From positions 31,385 to 95,384 of IMG/VR virus record IMGVR_UViG_3300045988_117195: DNA of 64,000 bases; one strand, written 5' to 3'. Positions 49,068 to 59,608 of the stretch are shown one piece after another. The stretch is from a virus. The first letter of the stretch is position 1; each line of letters starts with the position of its first letter. The translations under genes and the position numbers were made by a program. Below the pieces are notes generated by a model. It searched no databases. It had not been told where the DNA came from and saw nothing but the letters and a program-made list of their open reading frames with translations.

Positions 49068-49322
49068 TTACCAAGCGAGATAAAAATTCCGCTTCACAAT
49101 AATACAATGAGTGTAATTACTCAGGTCGATTCCGTTGTCCGTAAATGCATCCAGGACCCGTTTTTCCACGTATTTGAGTTTTACTGTTATCCCCTTCTTA
49201 AACACTTCTATTAACTTCTCATTGCACTCAATAGGTCCAATAAAACAGTACCTATTTGAAGGACTGTCTGATATACAATATGTCTGACATCCTAACATGT
49301 TGCTTAAAATATTCTCATACAT
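49068..49322 (-). CDS. hypothetical protein
   Basis: ORF in minus block. Confidence 0.4.
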   Translation of the reverse strand: MYENILSNMLGCQTYCISDSPSNRYCFIGPIECNEKLIEVFKKGITVKLKYVEKRVLDAFTDNGIDLSNYTHCIIVKRNFYLAW

Positions 49323-49447
49323 ATTTTCTATATTTTACAATTTTTAGCTATGTTACTTAATTCAGCGGTCATTATCAAATCTGATAGTGATCGCCCCGCA
49401 TGCACATTTTTGAATAAATTTTATCTTTAATAATTTTCTCATTAGAG

Positions 49448-49921
49448 TTATCCTCTATTTACTTTTTTCTTTATTTCTTCCGCGATCTCTTCTAATGTTG
49501 TTGGAGATAAATAATCATCTATCCTCAACTCTCTTACATAACCTAAGCAATCCAAATCTTTAGCATCCATCTCCTGCTTCTCTTCGTCGACCCACCTTAA
49601 AGTGCCATTTTCTCCACATTCCGGGCATTTATCTGCCCCACACGGAAGAAGCATTTGCGCCCCACATAAGACACATCTTACCCAGTCTCCGTGCTGCACC
49701 CCTTCGTATGTTCTTGTTTTCATATTTGTCATTTTATCATTTACAACTTTCACTTCTTCGCTCCACAAACGTCTCTTATATATCGGAGTGATGCCGATCA
49801 GAATACCACTATCTTCACCCCAATACTGAAGTGTTTTGGACTCAATTTTATGATGCAATTCCTGTATTCCTCCTTTGTTTCTGTCATAAGGATAAAAATC
49901 AGATAATTTTACCATTTTCAT
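49448..49921 (-). CDS. zinc-ribbon protein
   Basis: CVLCGAQMLLPCGADKCPECG. Confidence 0.45.
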   Translation of the reverse strand: MKMVKLSDFYPYDRNKGGIQELHHKIESKTLQYWGEDSGILIGITPIYKRRLWSEEVKVVNDKMTNMKTRTYEGVQHGDWVRCVLCGAQMLLPCGADKCPECGENGTLRWVDEEKQEMDAKDLDCLGYVRELRIDDYLSPTTLEEIAEEIKKKVNRG

Positions 49922-50655
49922 TTTTCTGGATTTTCAGTAGTTCCTAAAAGACATTCATTACCCTCAAAATGAATACAATAATCCCATAATGTTCCATTGG
50001 AACATTCGTACTTATAAGGCAATCTATTATAATCGTCCACAATTTCCCTTGCAAACAAACTGATATTCCATTTTTTATTTCCTTCTTTTCTTACCAGCAC
50101 TTTATCAAACGGCTTAAACTCATATTTCGGCTCTTCTTTAATCCCGAAGAAGCGTTTCAGATACTCTTTAGCTTTAGGTTCTTTGCTTGCCTTTAATGCG
50201 TCAACCAACTTTTGTCTTTCGGACTCAGTGGCAAATCTGTATTTTTCTATCTGATTTTCCCCAGCAGATAAACCATCTTTTATTTTAAGAATACCTTTTT
50301 GATTTAAAGAGGCATAAAAAGACGTTAAATATTTCCCATGTGTATTTAAAATAAAGATATAGCTACCATCTTTATTACTTAACACCTCTCCATCTTTAAA
50401 TGTAATATATTCTGGAACTTCAAGAAGGAGGCGATTTTCGCTGCTAAGTGCTTTTCCTGTAGCAGAAAACCAGTCTGCCGATACAGAAATCGAATGAATT
50501 ACAACCAATAACGGACAATTTGACGAATTGTCTTCATATACGATTTCTGCTCTATTTTGTCCTTTCTCTGTCACAATACGACCTGCTATTTCCCCTATGT
50601 TTATTTTTTTCGCCGTTTCTAAATCAAACGGAATTGTTGCTGTTCTCTGTTCCAT
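49918..50655 (-). CDS. hypothetical protein, tandem paralog B
   Basis: Shares N-terminal (IPFDLETAKKI..GEI.G) and C-terminal (FKPFDKVLVR...W.NLHLFAR...YKYEC...G.E.LLGT) blocks with adjacent gene. Confidence 0.5.
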   Translation of the reverse strand: MEQRTATIPFDLETAKKINIGEIAGRIVTEKGQNRAEIVYEDNSSNCPLLVVIHSISVSADWFSATGKALSSENRLLLEVPEYITFKDGEVLSNKDGSYIFILNTHGKYLTSFYASLNQKGILKIKDGLSAGENQIEKYRFATESERQKLVDALKASKEPKAKEYLKRFFGIKEEPKYEFKPFDKVLVRKEGNKKWNISLFAREIVDDYNRLPYKYECSNGTLWDYCIHFEGNECLLGTTENPEK

Positions 50656-50659
50656 GATC

Positions 50660-51403
50660 TTATTTGCTTTTATTAGTTCCTAAAAGATGCTCATTTCCTT
50701 GGTATGGAATACACTCTTTGTATCTCAAACCTCCCAAGCATTCATATTTGTATTCTTCTTCTCTTACTCTGGCAAATAAGTGTAGATTCCAATTTCCCAA
50801 ATTGCTTGCTCTCACCAAGACTTGATCGAATGGCTTAAAATCGCATTTCTTTTCTTTAGTCAGCAAGTATTCGTACTCACTTAGATATTGTTTTATTATT
50901 CCTGCTTTTTTAAGGTTTTCTGTATTAGCAATTCTTTCAGCAAAAGATTTTTTCTCTTCCTCTGTGGCTAATCTAACATACTTGGATTTATCCTCACCAC
51001 ACACACTTGTCCATATTGGAACTTCTTCAGATGTAATCTCGCCATATGCCGATATACCATATATGCATCCCATATCTCCTTCTCTATTAATAATACCATT
51101 ATATATAAATGGGTTCCCAAGCGTGCTTATTAATACATCTCCTTTCTTAAAATACGCTCCAGCCTCTACTTCCAATTCCAGAACGTTGTTGAAAAAAGTA
51201 CGACCTTCTGTATCGGCATATATAGCACTTATCCCAGATTCATCTTTTTTTACAAAAAGTAAATTATAACGATCTGCACAGTCTTTTGACTCATATACAA
51301 ATTCTATTTTAATATTACCAATTAATACTGAACCTTCTATTTCTCCGCTTTTAATTTTTCTCGCCGTATTTAAATCAAACGGAACAATAATTGGATTTTC
51401 CAT
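50660..51403 (-). CDS. hypothetical protein, tandem paralog A
   Basis: Paralog of 49918-50655. Confidence 0.5.
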   Translation of the reverse strand: MENPIIVPFDLNTARKIKSGEIEGSVLIGNIKIEFVYESKDCADRYNLLFVKKDESGISAIYADTEGRTFFNNVLELEVEAGAYFKKGDVLISTLGNPFIYNGIINREGDMGCIYGISAYGEITSEEVPIWTSVCGEDKSKYVRLATEEEKKSFAERIANTENLKKAGIIKQYLSEYEYLLTKEKKCDFKPFDQVLVRASNLGNWNLHLFARVREEEYKYECLGGLRYKECIPYQGNEHLLGTNKSK

Positions 51404-51449
51404 ATCTTTTTATTTTTAATTATGTAATCAATAAAACAAGATGGGTTAC

Positions 51450-52511
51450 TTAAACCCATCCCAGTTGTTTTGCTATTCTCTCCATTTCGTTATATGCTAT
51501 CCTATGACATCCAGCGGTTAGCAAATCGTTTTCGTACCGATTTAGACTCCACTGGTGACCGGTGATGTCCTCCACCAGACCGTGCCGAAACTCGGCGCCC
51601 CGGTGCATTGCCGACACAGCCCTCCACAGTTTTCTGGCTTCTGCTATTCCAATCTTTATCTGTTTACTTGTCTCAATAATATTTCCTTTTATACGAATCC
51701 AGGCGTTAGGTTTTTCACCAGGAATATAGAAAGGTGTATTCAAGAAATTGATTTCTCCTGACTTCCACTCTTCCAGTTTTTCATCAAAATCCTTGTAACG
51801 GGCTTCTTCTTCCTTTCTTAATCTCTCTAATTTTATTCTTTCTCTTTCTTCCTCACCCTTTCTCCATCTTTCAGATCTTTCTGAATACTTAATCCATGTA
51901 CCTTCCCCGCAAACTTCATCAACAATCACATTTACGGTCCCTAACACTTTTAATCCTTGATGATCCAATAAAATTTGAAAGATGCGTTTTAATTCATGTA
52001 CGTGCTTACGCTTGATACTATCTCCGCTCTTGGATAATTCATGATTGGTTCCAAGCCAATCATTAGCACTCTTTTTAAGGATACTCTTAGCAGTCCCCAT
52101 GTTAAAGAACTGAATGTAATCCATCATATTCCCAAAAGCGCCCCAAATATCTGTATAAGATAATTCTGTTTTAGCTCTTTTGTATTTTTCAATAGACTTC
52201 TTAATTGATTCCAGTTTGCTGGCAACAAACCTCATATTACCAGTATCCGATATATTATCCCCTACACTGAAAACCATTGCCCAAGTTGGTATCGCATTAC
52301 GAACATAGCATTGATGTTTGCTCGTGGTAGCAGAATAATAATCTTCATTTATCAGGCATGCTTTCTTCCCTTGTTTGTTTTTTACTATTCTCCCGACTTC
52401 AAAGTGATGCCCATAAGAATAAATACTTGTACCTACAAAGAAGAAATTGCTCCCTGATGCTGATTCTTCTTGTTCATGAGCCCACAAGTGAGCGACCATT
52501 GAATTGTTCAT
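51450..52511 (-). CDS. hypothetical protein
   Basis: ORF in minus block. Confidence 0.5.
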   Translation of the reverse strand: MNNSMVAHLWAHEQEESASGSNFFFVGTSIYSYGHHFEVGRIVKNKQGKKACLINEDYYSATTSKHQCYVRNAIPTWAMVFSVGDNISDTGNMRFVASKLESIKKSIEKYKRAKTELSYTDIWGAFGNMMDYIQFFNMGTAKSILKKSANDWLGTNHELSKSGDSIKRKHVHELKRIFQILLDHQGLKVLGTVNVIVDEVCGEGTWIKYSERSERWRKGEEERERIKLERLRKEEEARYKDFDEKLEEWKSGEINFLNTPFYIPGEKPNAWIRIKGNIIETSKQIKIGIAEARKLWRAVSAMHRGAEFRHGLVEDITGHQWSLNRYENDLLTAGCHRIAYNEMERIAKQLGWV

Positions 52512-52523
52512 ATAAATATCTTT

Positions 52524-52838
52524 TTAATTGTTTAACTTACCTCTACTATATAATCCTCTTTGTTCATATTTTTCAATACATTCGGTTATCATATCGCAGA
52601 ACACTTGCCCTTCTTTTTCGGAACCTCTGAAGTAACCAATCATCTTCAGGATATTCCCGTTAAACTCATGGACAAACTTGTTGTAATAATGTTCCCCCAT
52701 AACTTTCCCGTATTTTTCCATGAACAAATCTTTGTCCAACGACTCATCCTTAAAACAACGGTTGTAATCCCATCTTACAACACGAAACAATGTTTCAAAA
52801 TTCAATCTTTCCATATCCTGTATTTTATTTAAGCTCAA
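52524..52838 (-). CDS. hypothetical protein
   Basis: ORF in minus block. Confidence 0.45.
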   Translation of the reverse strand: MSLNKIQDMERLNFETLFRVVRWDYNRCFKDESLDKDLFMEKYGKVMGEHYYNKFVHEFNGNILKMIGYFRGSEKEGQVFCDMITECIEKYEQRGLYSRGKLNN

Positions 52839-53721
52839 ACCTAATATCTTCCGGCAACTGAGAGCGGTCCACCTTGTTCACAAAATCATCAAACTCTTCC
52901 TGTGTGATTTTTTCTCCATAACTGTTCCAGTTGAAAGATAAAGTATTTAAGTGAGGGTAATATATAGCATTATCAGTAGACAACCCATAATCAAACACAC
53001 AGAGCATTATCTTTTTTTCTGCTTCTGCTTGTCTGATTCTCTTATCGTATCGCTCACAAATTTCAGCACGCTTTTTCAACATCTCTGCCTTATGATCCTC
53101 TTCCCTACGTTTTTCGATATTTTCTGCGGAATAATACCTGGCTTTAACGCGCTCTTCAATAAGAGATCGTTCCTCGTCCGTTAATGTCAAAGTAAGCCTT
53201 TCCTTTTCCGGCGTATGCGGATTTACCCATTTCTTGCCACACAGGTCTTCAAGTTCAACAAGAAGCTCGTCTGATTCACGTTTCCATCTATCCACAATCC
53301 CCAGATTGAAAAGCATATATTTGAAATACAGCTCATCCTCAGAAGCTATATATAATTTTACGCATTCTTGTTCTGATATACGCAGATACTTCATTGCCAC
53401 AGATATACCACTTTTTCTAATATGATATATTCCATTTCTAACCGGATACACAGGAGCACCATAATGATTACTGCAATGCAATGGTATAAATTTCGCCAAT
53501 TCCGGAAAATGTTTTGCAACCTCACCGTGGCAGCAACCTCCCATATACTCTACATACGTTCCTTGTTGATCTTTCTGTCTAATATCAGCCGTTACGCTCC
53601 AGTCACACATATTGTTATGACAATCATCATCTAAAGATATTGTGACTGTTATTCTGTATTCTTCTTTGTTTTCTATAAAGAATTTTGTACTTGAATAAAT
53701 TAGTTTGTTTGCAGTTTCCAT
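52825..53721 (-). CDS. hypothetical Cys/His-rich protein
   Basis: ORF in minus block. Confidence 0.5.
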   Translation of the reverse strand: METANKLIYSSTKFFIENKEEYRITVTISLDDDCHNNMCDWSVTADIRQKDQQGTYVEYMGGCCHGEVAKHFPELAKFIPLHCSNHYGAPVYPVRNGIYHIRKSGISVAMKYLRISEQECVKLYIASEDELYFKYMLFNLGIVDRWKRESDELLVELEDLCGKKWVNPHTPEKERLTLTLTDEERSLIEERVKARYYSAENIEKRREEDHKAEMLKKRAEICERYDKRIRQAEAEKKIMLCVFDYGLSTDNAIYYPHLNTLSFNWNSYGEKITQEEFDDFVNKVDRSQLPEDIRFELK

Positions 53722-53732
53722 ATTATTTTAGT

Positions 53733-53969
53733 TTAATCATTACGCTTGTAAAAAATAAAATCTGCACATTCCCCCGGTGTATTATTAGCGTTATTGTACC
53801 AATAAAAACCTTCTGTTTTCCAGTCTACATCTACGGGATCTTCTTTTACTCGTTCCAAGAAATTCCTTATTTCTCGTTCTTCATTATCTGACAAACCTGT
53901 ATAATCACCATTTATCAGAGCACAAGCCCAATAAACTGGAAGCCTGTATCTTGTTACCTTTATACTCAT
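53733..53969 (-). CDS. hypothetical protein
   Basis: ORF in minus block. Confidence 0.4.
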   Translation of the reverse strand: MSIKVTRYRLPVYWACALINGDYTGLSDNEEREIRNFLERVKEDPVDVDWKTEGFYWYNNANNTPGECADFIFYKRND

Positions 53970-54358
53970 ATCTTCATTAGTTTACAATTACTATCTTCAA
54001 ATACAGGGACCATGCCCTGTCCCCTGAAATAAGCAGTAGCTAACTTAAAAGCGTACAGCGGATTCACTTTCTTAATTTCTCGCTGTGATTTATAGAAAGA
54101 TAACGGCTGACATATATAGAAATTTTCATTGCCAAGACTTCCAAAAAGCCAATCCATACCACCTTCATCACAATTAGTGCCACCCAGTATTATTAAATCA
54201 CATCCGGTCTTCCTGGTTCCCAAAATAAATGCCTTATTTTCATTTTCTGGTCGCATAAATATCTTTTTATCAACTTCAAACCAATCATTCCGACAAGTAT
54301 CTAAATCTCGGCGGACAATTTCGTCAATTTCAAATGCATATTCTTCTTGTGTTTTCAT
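53966..54358 (-). CDS. hypothetical protein
   Basis: ORF in minus block. Confidence 0.45.
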   Translation of the reverse strand: MKTQEEYAFEIDEIVRRDLDTCRNDWFEVDKKIFMRPENENKAFILGTRKTGCDLIILGGTNCDEGGMDWLFGSLGNENFYICQPLSFYKSQREIKKVNPLYAFKLATAYFRGQGMVPVFEDSNCKLMKI

Positions 54359-54426
54359 AAGATATGTTATTAAATGTAGTTATATAATTTCTGGATAAAA
54401 TCACTCATGGCATCAGCATACACAAC

Positions 54427-55236
54427 CTATTCTTCTAAGCCATTCTCTATCATGACTTCCTTTATCAATTCATCTGTCTCCTCGTAACATCCCCAGCAAG
54501 AATCAACCTCTTCCCATTCTTCGCAATCTTCATCCTCTCTTGATTTGTCTTTGTATTTCTTGGTAAATGCTACCTTCTTTTCAAGAACGTACCCTTTTAC
54601 ATCTCCCCACATCCACATACCTATGGACTTTACTTCATTATCTATAATTTTGACACAATCTTCTCTCCAATCTCCTTCTTTGTCGCAGACTTCATTATCA
54701 TATTTTTCTTTTGTGGCGTATGCTATCCCTTTTATATAATCACCTTGGCTATAACCCCTTGTTGACCACTCTATGGCCAACACATCTTTTCCGTATTTGG
54801 ATATGATATCTAACAAATCTTCGTCATCCAGATCCTCTATTAATTCTCCTCTGTAATCAAAGTCCTTCAAATCACTTGGAAAAAACTCTTGACCTATATA
54901 TGGACTTGTCTTATGCTTCAACTCCCATACATTGCCACCTCTGTTGTATGTGAATGAGATCCCATTCGCTTCCCCTTTCTTTAAATATTTTACAATGTCT
55001 TTCTGTTCTATATGCTTCATTACAATAGCATCAATAACATCTCTAAGATTATGCTTGTTATCGTAGAAGAAAATTTTCCAATTGCATTCATCATGCAATC
55101 GATGCGTATCAGAGTATTCAAAGAAGAATGACCCAAACAAACCCCAATTAGTTATAGGGCATTCTGAATCACGGCAATAATACACTTTAATGCGATAATC
55201 GCCTACTTCTTTTGTTGTAATAAGGTTGTCTTCCAT
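54427..55236 (-). CDS. hypothetical acidic protein
   Basis: ORF in minus block. Confidence 0.5.
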   Translation of the reverse strand: MEDNLITTKEVGDYRIKVYYCRDSECPITNWGLFGSFFFEYSDTHRLHDECNWKIFFYDNKHNLRDVIDAIVMKHIEQKDIVKYLKKGEANGISFTYNRGGNVWELKHKTSPYIGQEFFPSDLKDFDYRGELIEDLDDEDLLDIISKYGKDVLAIEWSTRGYSQGDYIKGIAYATKEKYDNEVCDKEGDWREDCVKIIDNEVKSIGMWMWGDVKGYVLEKKVAFTKKYKDKSREDEDCEEWEEVDSCWGCYEETDELIKEVMIENGLEE

Positions 55237-55247
55237 GTCTTTATATT

Positions 55248-55706
55248 TTAAATAGTTCTTAACTTTTTATCAATAAATTCATCTATTTCATCATAGTATG
55301 ATCCATCAAAATCACAATTCCCATATTTCTCTGTAAACTCTTTAGCCCACTCTCGAATGATGTTAAATGCCTCTTCCCTGCTACATTCTTTTAGTCCTGG
55401 TAGATACTCCACGGCTTCCGCCGATAGCTCTTGCAGATTTCGTAAATAATTCAAATCTATGCTATATGGCAGCTTACCTACTTCTATACATACATAATGA
55501 CCCTGTTTAAAGGCATCCTGTAAATCTTCCAAACTTTCTATCAATGACTCGGACTCATCATCTACCCTCACCTTGTATAACTCAAAATCTTCATTTTCTG
55601 CCGACACCCATATCTTGTAGGCTTTTTCGTTGGACAATCTTTTCCAAACAAATCCGTCACTGAATACAATTAGGCTACCTGTTACTATCGTATTTTTCAT
55701 AATCAC
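55248..55706 (-). CDS. hypothetical protein
   Basis: ORF in minus block. Confidence 0.45.
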   Translation of the reverse strand: MIMKNTIVTGSLIVFSDGFVWKRLSNEKAYKIWVSAENEDFELYKVRVDDESESLIESLEDLQDAFKQGHYVCIEVGKLPYSIDLNYLRNLQELSAEAVEYLPGLKECSREEAFNIIREWAKEFTEKYGNCDFDGSYYDEIDEFIDKKLRTI

Positions 55707-55709
55707 TTT

Positions 55710-56024
55710 CTAATCTGTTACTCTGTAATAATAATCAAGCTCTTCTCCCTTAAAGTTGTTCATGGCATACTCGTCAGCCTCCCGCCACAACCGGTCATAC
55801 AGTGCAGCCAGTTCACGATTGCTGTCATAATGCTGCCAGATTTTATGATTCAATACGAGCGTTAATTCCGTGAAAAACTTATAATCATCTTTCCATTCAC
55901 TGAATGCACGTTTGTAGGTATCTTTGACACCTGCTACACCATACTTGTCGGCTATGCTGAAATCTTCCCAAAAGGTAGTCAGTAGGTTATAGCCCACTTC
56001 TTTCATAAATTCTTTGAATGTCAT
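55710..56024 (-). CDS. hypothetical protein
   Basis: ORF in minus block. Confidence 0.45.
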   Translation of the reverse strand: MTFKEFMKEVGYNLLTTFWEDFSIADKYGVAGVKDTYKRAFSEWKDDYKFFTELTLVLNHKIWQHYDSNRELAALYDRLWREADEYAMNNFKGEELDYYYRVTD

Positions 56025-56040
56025 AATCTAATTGTTATCC

Positions 56041-56799
56041 TTATTTCTTCCAACACCAAAAATTTATAGCATATTTATTACGAAGAGTAATGAAAATTTT
56101 TTCTCCACTTACCTGAGCAAGAACTTTCTCGCCAAGTATCCTTTCAAGAAGAGGTGCGTATTTTGCGTCAACAGGGAGATCTCTTGTCTCCGTTATTGGC
56201 TTGTACGGAAAAAATATCCTGTTCCCATATACCATTTTTAAATATAATCCATCCGGCGATTCAAATACGTCTTTCTTTGTTTGTCTCATCCCGGATTGTA
56301 TTACCTTCTCTTTTAACGATCGGATATATGATTTCTCATTGACCTCATTTATCTTATCAATTACCTCTTTCTTAAATTCGTAATACTCATATATACGACC
56401 TTTATAATCAGCCACCATTTCTTCAACCTTGCTTTTGGATGCCCATAGCCCGCAATACACATAGCAATCCAATAATCTATCTACTGAAGAAATGCCAATA
56501 AGCATCATCTCAGAAAAAGAATTTCCTTCTTTTTCTAATTCTTCTCTGGCTCTATCTGTCACCGCATCCCACCATTGTCCTTCACACTTCTCTACCTCTC
56601 CATTATCAAGTACGATATCGAACTTTCTGCCTCCGAAAGCTTCTCTTCTCTCATTTCTCTTTGCAAGGAAATCATAGAATATACCTCCTATTCTTCCAAT
56701 AATGGTATCATCTCCGTACTTTGTGCTAATTTTATCAGGCATTTCGTCGAAGACAAGAAACTTCGATTTTCCTGACTCTACTAAGTATAATAGCTTCAT
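56041..56799 (-). CDS. hypothetical protein
   Basis: ORF in minus block. Confidence 0.5.
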   Translation of the reverse strand: MKLLYLVESGKSKFLVFDEMPDKISTKYGDDTIIGRIGGIFYDFLAKRNERREAFGGRKFDIVLDNGEVEKCEGQWWDAVTDRAREELEKEGNSFSEMMLIGISSVDRLLDCYVYCGLWASKSKVEEMVADYKGRIYEYYEFKKEVIDKINEVNEKSYIRSLKEKVIQSGMRQTKKDVFESPDGLYLKMVYGNRIFFPYKPITETRDLPVDAKYAPLLERILGEKVLAQVSGEKIFITLRNKYAINFWCWKK

Positions 56800-56810
56800 G
56801 ATTTATCTCT

Positions 56811-57290
56811 TTAGATGTAAGTTATGCTGCCAACATTAATCTGCATTATATCGTTTTCCAGCGTAATGAAATTATTTTGTTTTATGGGTCCAAACATCAA
56901 TCCATATACACTTACTGTATTAAACAGCCTAACAGTGTGAAAATTTTCATTTAGCTCTACCCTGTTTTTATCCCAATATCCCAAATCGTTGATAGTCGCC
57001 GGGAATCCTCCTATATCGTTATGCCTGTAGTAATCGTTTTTATTGAAAACGATTCCCTTTATTAACAGGTTACCGATGCTTTTCATGTTGAATCCGGACA
57101 ACGCGATCTGCTCTGAGATATAACTAATCAAACAATTATGATACGTGTTTGGCCTATCTCCTCTCTCGTTAATAATTTTCTTCCATTTCTTCGTTAATGG
57201 AACCCTAATATCCATATATGTACCAAATACGACTATGTTAGGACATTCTCCTTCAAACTTCGTTAAATCTTCTACTTTCATAATTAACAA
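56811..57290 (-). CDS. hypothetical protein
   Basis: ORF in minus block. Confidence 0.45.
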   Translation of the reverse strand: MLIMKVEDLTKFEGECPNIVVFGTYMDIRVPLTKKWKKIINERGDRPNTYHNCLISYISEQIALSGFNMKSIGNLLIKGIVFNKNDYYRHNDIGGFPATINDLGYWDKNRVELNENFHTVRLFNTVSVYGLMFGPIKQNNFITLENDIMQINVGSITYI

Positions 57291-57383
57291 ACATTTGTAT
57301 TGTTTTCGTTGTTCACTATCTGATTAATGTATGATCCTGGCCACGAACAGCCAGGCTGACCTCATAGCAGGACGGGCGCTGCC

Positions 57384-57572
57384 CTACTCTAGCTGTTCTA
57401 CCCACTCTCTGTACCCTACGTTAAAACCAATAGGATCATACCTTTTGATCATAGTACCATAATTCTCTCTACCGCAATACCTGTTTTTTCCTCCAATAAT
57501 CCATCTCTCATCGTCTCTATCTGGAGATATGGAGTTAAGATACTTTTCATAATCCTTTCTACTCTTTCCCAT
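57384..57572 (-). CDS. hypothetical small protein
   Basis: ORF in minus block. Confidence 0.35.
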   Translation of the reverse strand: MGKSRKDYEKYLNSISPDRDDERWIIGGKNRYCGRENYGTMIKRYDPIGFNVGYREWVEQLE

Positions 57573-57918
57573 CTTTGTCTTGATTTAAACAATAGTTAAT
57601 AAAATAAGCAACCTGTTCATTTTCCCCTGTATTATCAAAATCACCTAAAGTCATATCATCATAATCCAGCAGAACCATACGAAAACCGTTTTTTTTGACA
57701 TACACCTCCGTTAAAAACATAGGAATCCCAGCAATTTCTATTATCACCGGAAACTGATCATCAAAGTCAAACGCATTATTATCTTCTCCCCATTTTTTAA
57801 ATTTTAGCTTTATACTTCCACCGTTCTCCACTAATGCCTCTTTGATGTACTTTAATCTTTTTGCATTCAGATCAATCTCTGCTTTTTCTATTTCTTTGTA
57901 CAATTCATTCAGATCCAT
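57559..57918 (-). CDS. hypothetical protein
   Basis: ORF in minus block. Confidence 0.45.
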   Translation of the reverse strand: MDLNELYKEIEKAEIDLNAKRLKYIKEALVENGGSIKLKFKKWGEDNNAFDFDDQFPVIIEIAGIPMFLTEVYVKKNGFRMVLLDYDDMTLGDFDNTGENEQVAYFINYCLNQDKDGKE

Positions 57919-58420
57919 ATTCCACTATATTTATGTTGTCAAATTTTTCTTTTATAACATCCAAGGCTCCACACTCGTTTGTTATCATAGCATGCATCCC
58001 TGGCTTCATTCTCCACAGATTAAAATACCTTGTCACATTCATAGTGGCATTAAATAATGATATTTCATATCTTGTGTTTCCATTTTTATCACGCCCTATG
58101 TTTTTAATATAACATATGTCTGGCTTGTATTTGAAATAATTAAAAAGCCTATACCATCCCTTCCCGTTACATGTTTCACGATTCCATATTCCAGCAAGCT
58201 TCCTATATCCCCTTACTGGTATTTTCTTTATTTCTTTTGGTACGATCTTGACATACTTTCCTTCTCCGATTGGTATGGTCATATTACCTGCCTCTTCAGT
58301 ACAAAAGTATTCTATTTCAGATGCCATTCCTTTATACACATAGAACCGGTATAAGTTCCCGTCAGGGTCTACCCGATCCATGTAATATAATATCACTTTG
58401 TCTACTTTTATCTTTTTCAT
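57905..58420 (-). CDS. hypothetical protein
   Basis: ORF in minus block. Confidence 0.45.
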   Translation of the reverse strand: MKKIKVDKVILYYMDRVDPDGNLYRFYVYKGMASEIEYFCTEEAGNMTIPIGEGKYVKIVPKEIKKIPVRGYRKLAGIWNRETCNGKGWYRLFNYFKYKPDICYIKNIGRDKNGNTRYEISLFNATMNVTRYFNLWRMKPGMHAMITNECGALDVIKEKFDNINIVEYGSE

Positions 58421-58668
58421 TCCTTTATTCTACTTATCTTTAAATTGTTATTCCCACAGTATTCCTTCAGCCAACTATCCGTTAGATAACGATTAACTCT
58501 ATCGTATTTCTTTTTCGGACCCTTGCTCCAGAATTTCCATTCGTTTGTGATATTGTACCCATATTTATCAAACCAATAGATATAATACACTACGTTACCA
58601 TATAAATCCACTCTTTTTCTTTCCTGTATGACTACCTCGTAAGGTATCTTCTTGTCTCTTTTCTCCAT
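58417..58668 (-). CDS. hypothetical protein
   Basis: ORF in minus block. Confidence 0.4.
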   Translation of the reverse strand: MEKRDKKIPYEVVIQERKRVDLYGNVVYYIYWFDKYGYNITNEWKFWSKGPKKKYDRVNRYLTDSWLKEYCGNNNLKISRIKE

Positions 58669-58745
58669 CTTTGTCCTCCTTTATTGAATAAAAAAACGGC
58701 ACCTATCTTCGCAGACCAGTGCCGGCAACTAACTTACATGGAAAA

Positions 58746-59156
58746 CTACTTAACCTCAACTAATTCTACAGAGCCGTAGAATTTAGTGAAGCTACCAACA
58801 AATTCTCTTATATTTTTATATTCTTCTGGTCGTTTTCTGTTACCATCTTTTATATAATTCACCCACAGTCTATCCTCTATGTTCTTAATCGCATTCTCTA
58901 TCGTAAATTCGTCGCTGACGCTCATTAAACACGAAGACCCGGTTTTCTTATGTGGTTTATATATCCTTGAAAAAGACCACATTTTTATTCTATCATATAT
59001 ATATCCGTTGTTGGGATAAACGAATCCTATCCGGCTGTCACCTTCTTTAGCGTAAAACACACCTGGCTCCTTCCCGCCCTTTCTATATACTACAAATCCT
59101 TTTTCTTTTAGGATATTAACCACTTTATCTAATTTATTTTCTACGTTCATTTTCAT
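58746..59156 (-). CDS. hypothetical protein
   Basis: ORF in minus block. Confidence 0.45.
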   Translation of the reverse strand: MKMNVENKLDKVVNILKEKGFVVYRKGGKEPGVFYAKEGDSRIGFVYPNNGYIYDRIKMWSFSRIYKPHKKTGSSCLMSVSDEFTIENAIKNIEDRLWVNYIKDGNRKRPEEYKNIREFVGSFTKFYGSVELVEVK

Positions 59157-59607
59157 GCAAAAATTTAAAAACGACTCTCATTATAGTTGCGAAGTTCTCT
59201 ACCTTAATCCACTCATGAGCTACTGCTCTAAGTACAGACGTTTCATATGTTGGAATATTGTCTTCTTCAAGCACCTTACAAGAAGCCAGAACTCCTTCGG
59301 TCGGCTTTAGTCCACGGTCATGCAGCTCGCAGAGACCGTCTGGCCGGCGGAATGCGCACCACCCGTCTTTCTCTGTCGGCTGGATCATCGCTATTGGTTT
59401 TTCCTTCACTGCAAGATACCCTACCATCCACATTGTTTCTTTTAACCTATCAGCGTATCCGGCATCTATGATAGCCTCTATGTCTTTTGGCGTACCAATA
59501 CAAGGAACCTTACACATGTTCTTGCATTTATCACATGTACAAGGTTGCTCCCATCTATTATGATCTATGCCTACCAACTTCTTTATCCGTTCTACTTCCT
59601 CTTTCAT
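59134..59607 (-). CDS. Cys-rich hypothetical protein
   Basis: ORF in minus block, several CxxC-like pairs. Confidence 0.45.
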   Translation of the reverse strand: MKEEVERIKKLVGIDHNRWEQPCTCDKCKNMCKVPCIGTPKDIEAIIDAGYADRLKETMWMVGYLAVKEKPIAMIQPTEKDGWCAFRRPDGLCELHDRGLKPTEGVLASCKVLEEDNIPTYETSVLRAVAHEWIKVENFATIMRVVFKFLHENERRK

Positions 59608-59608
59608 G

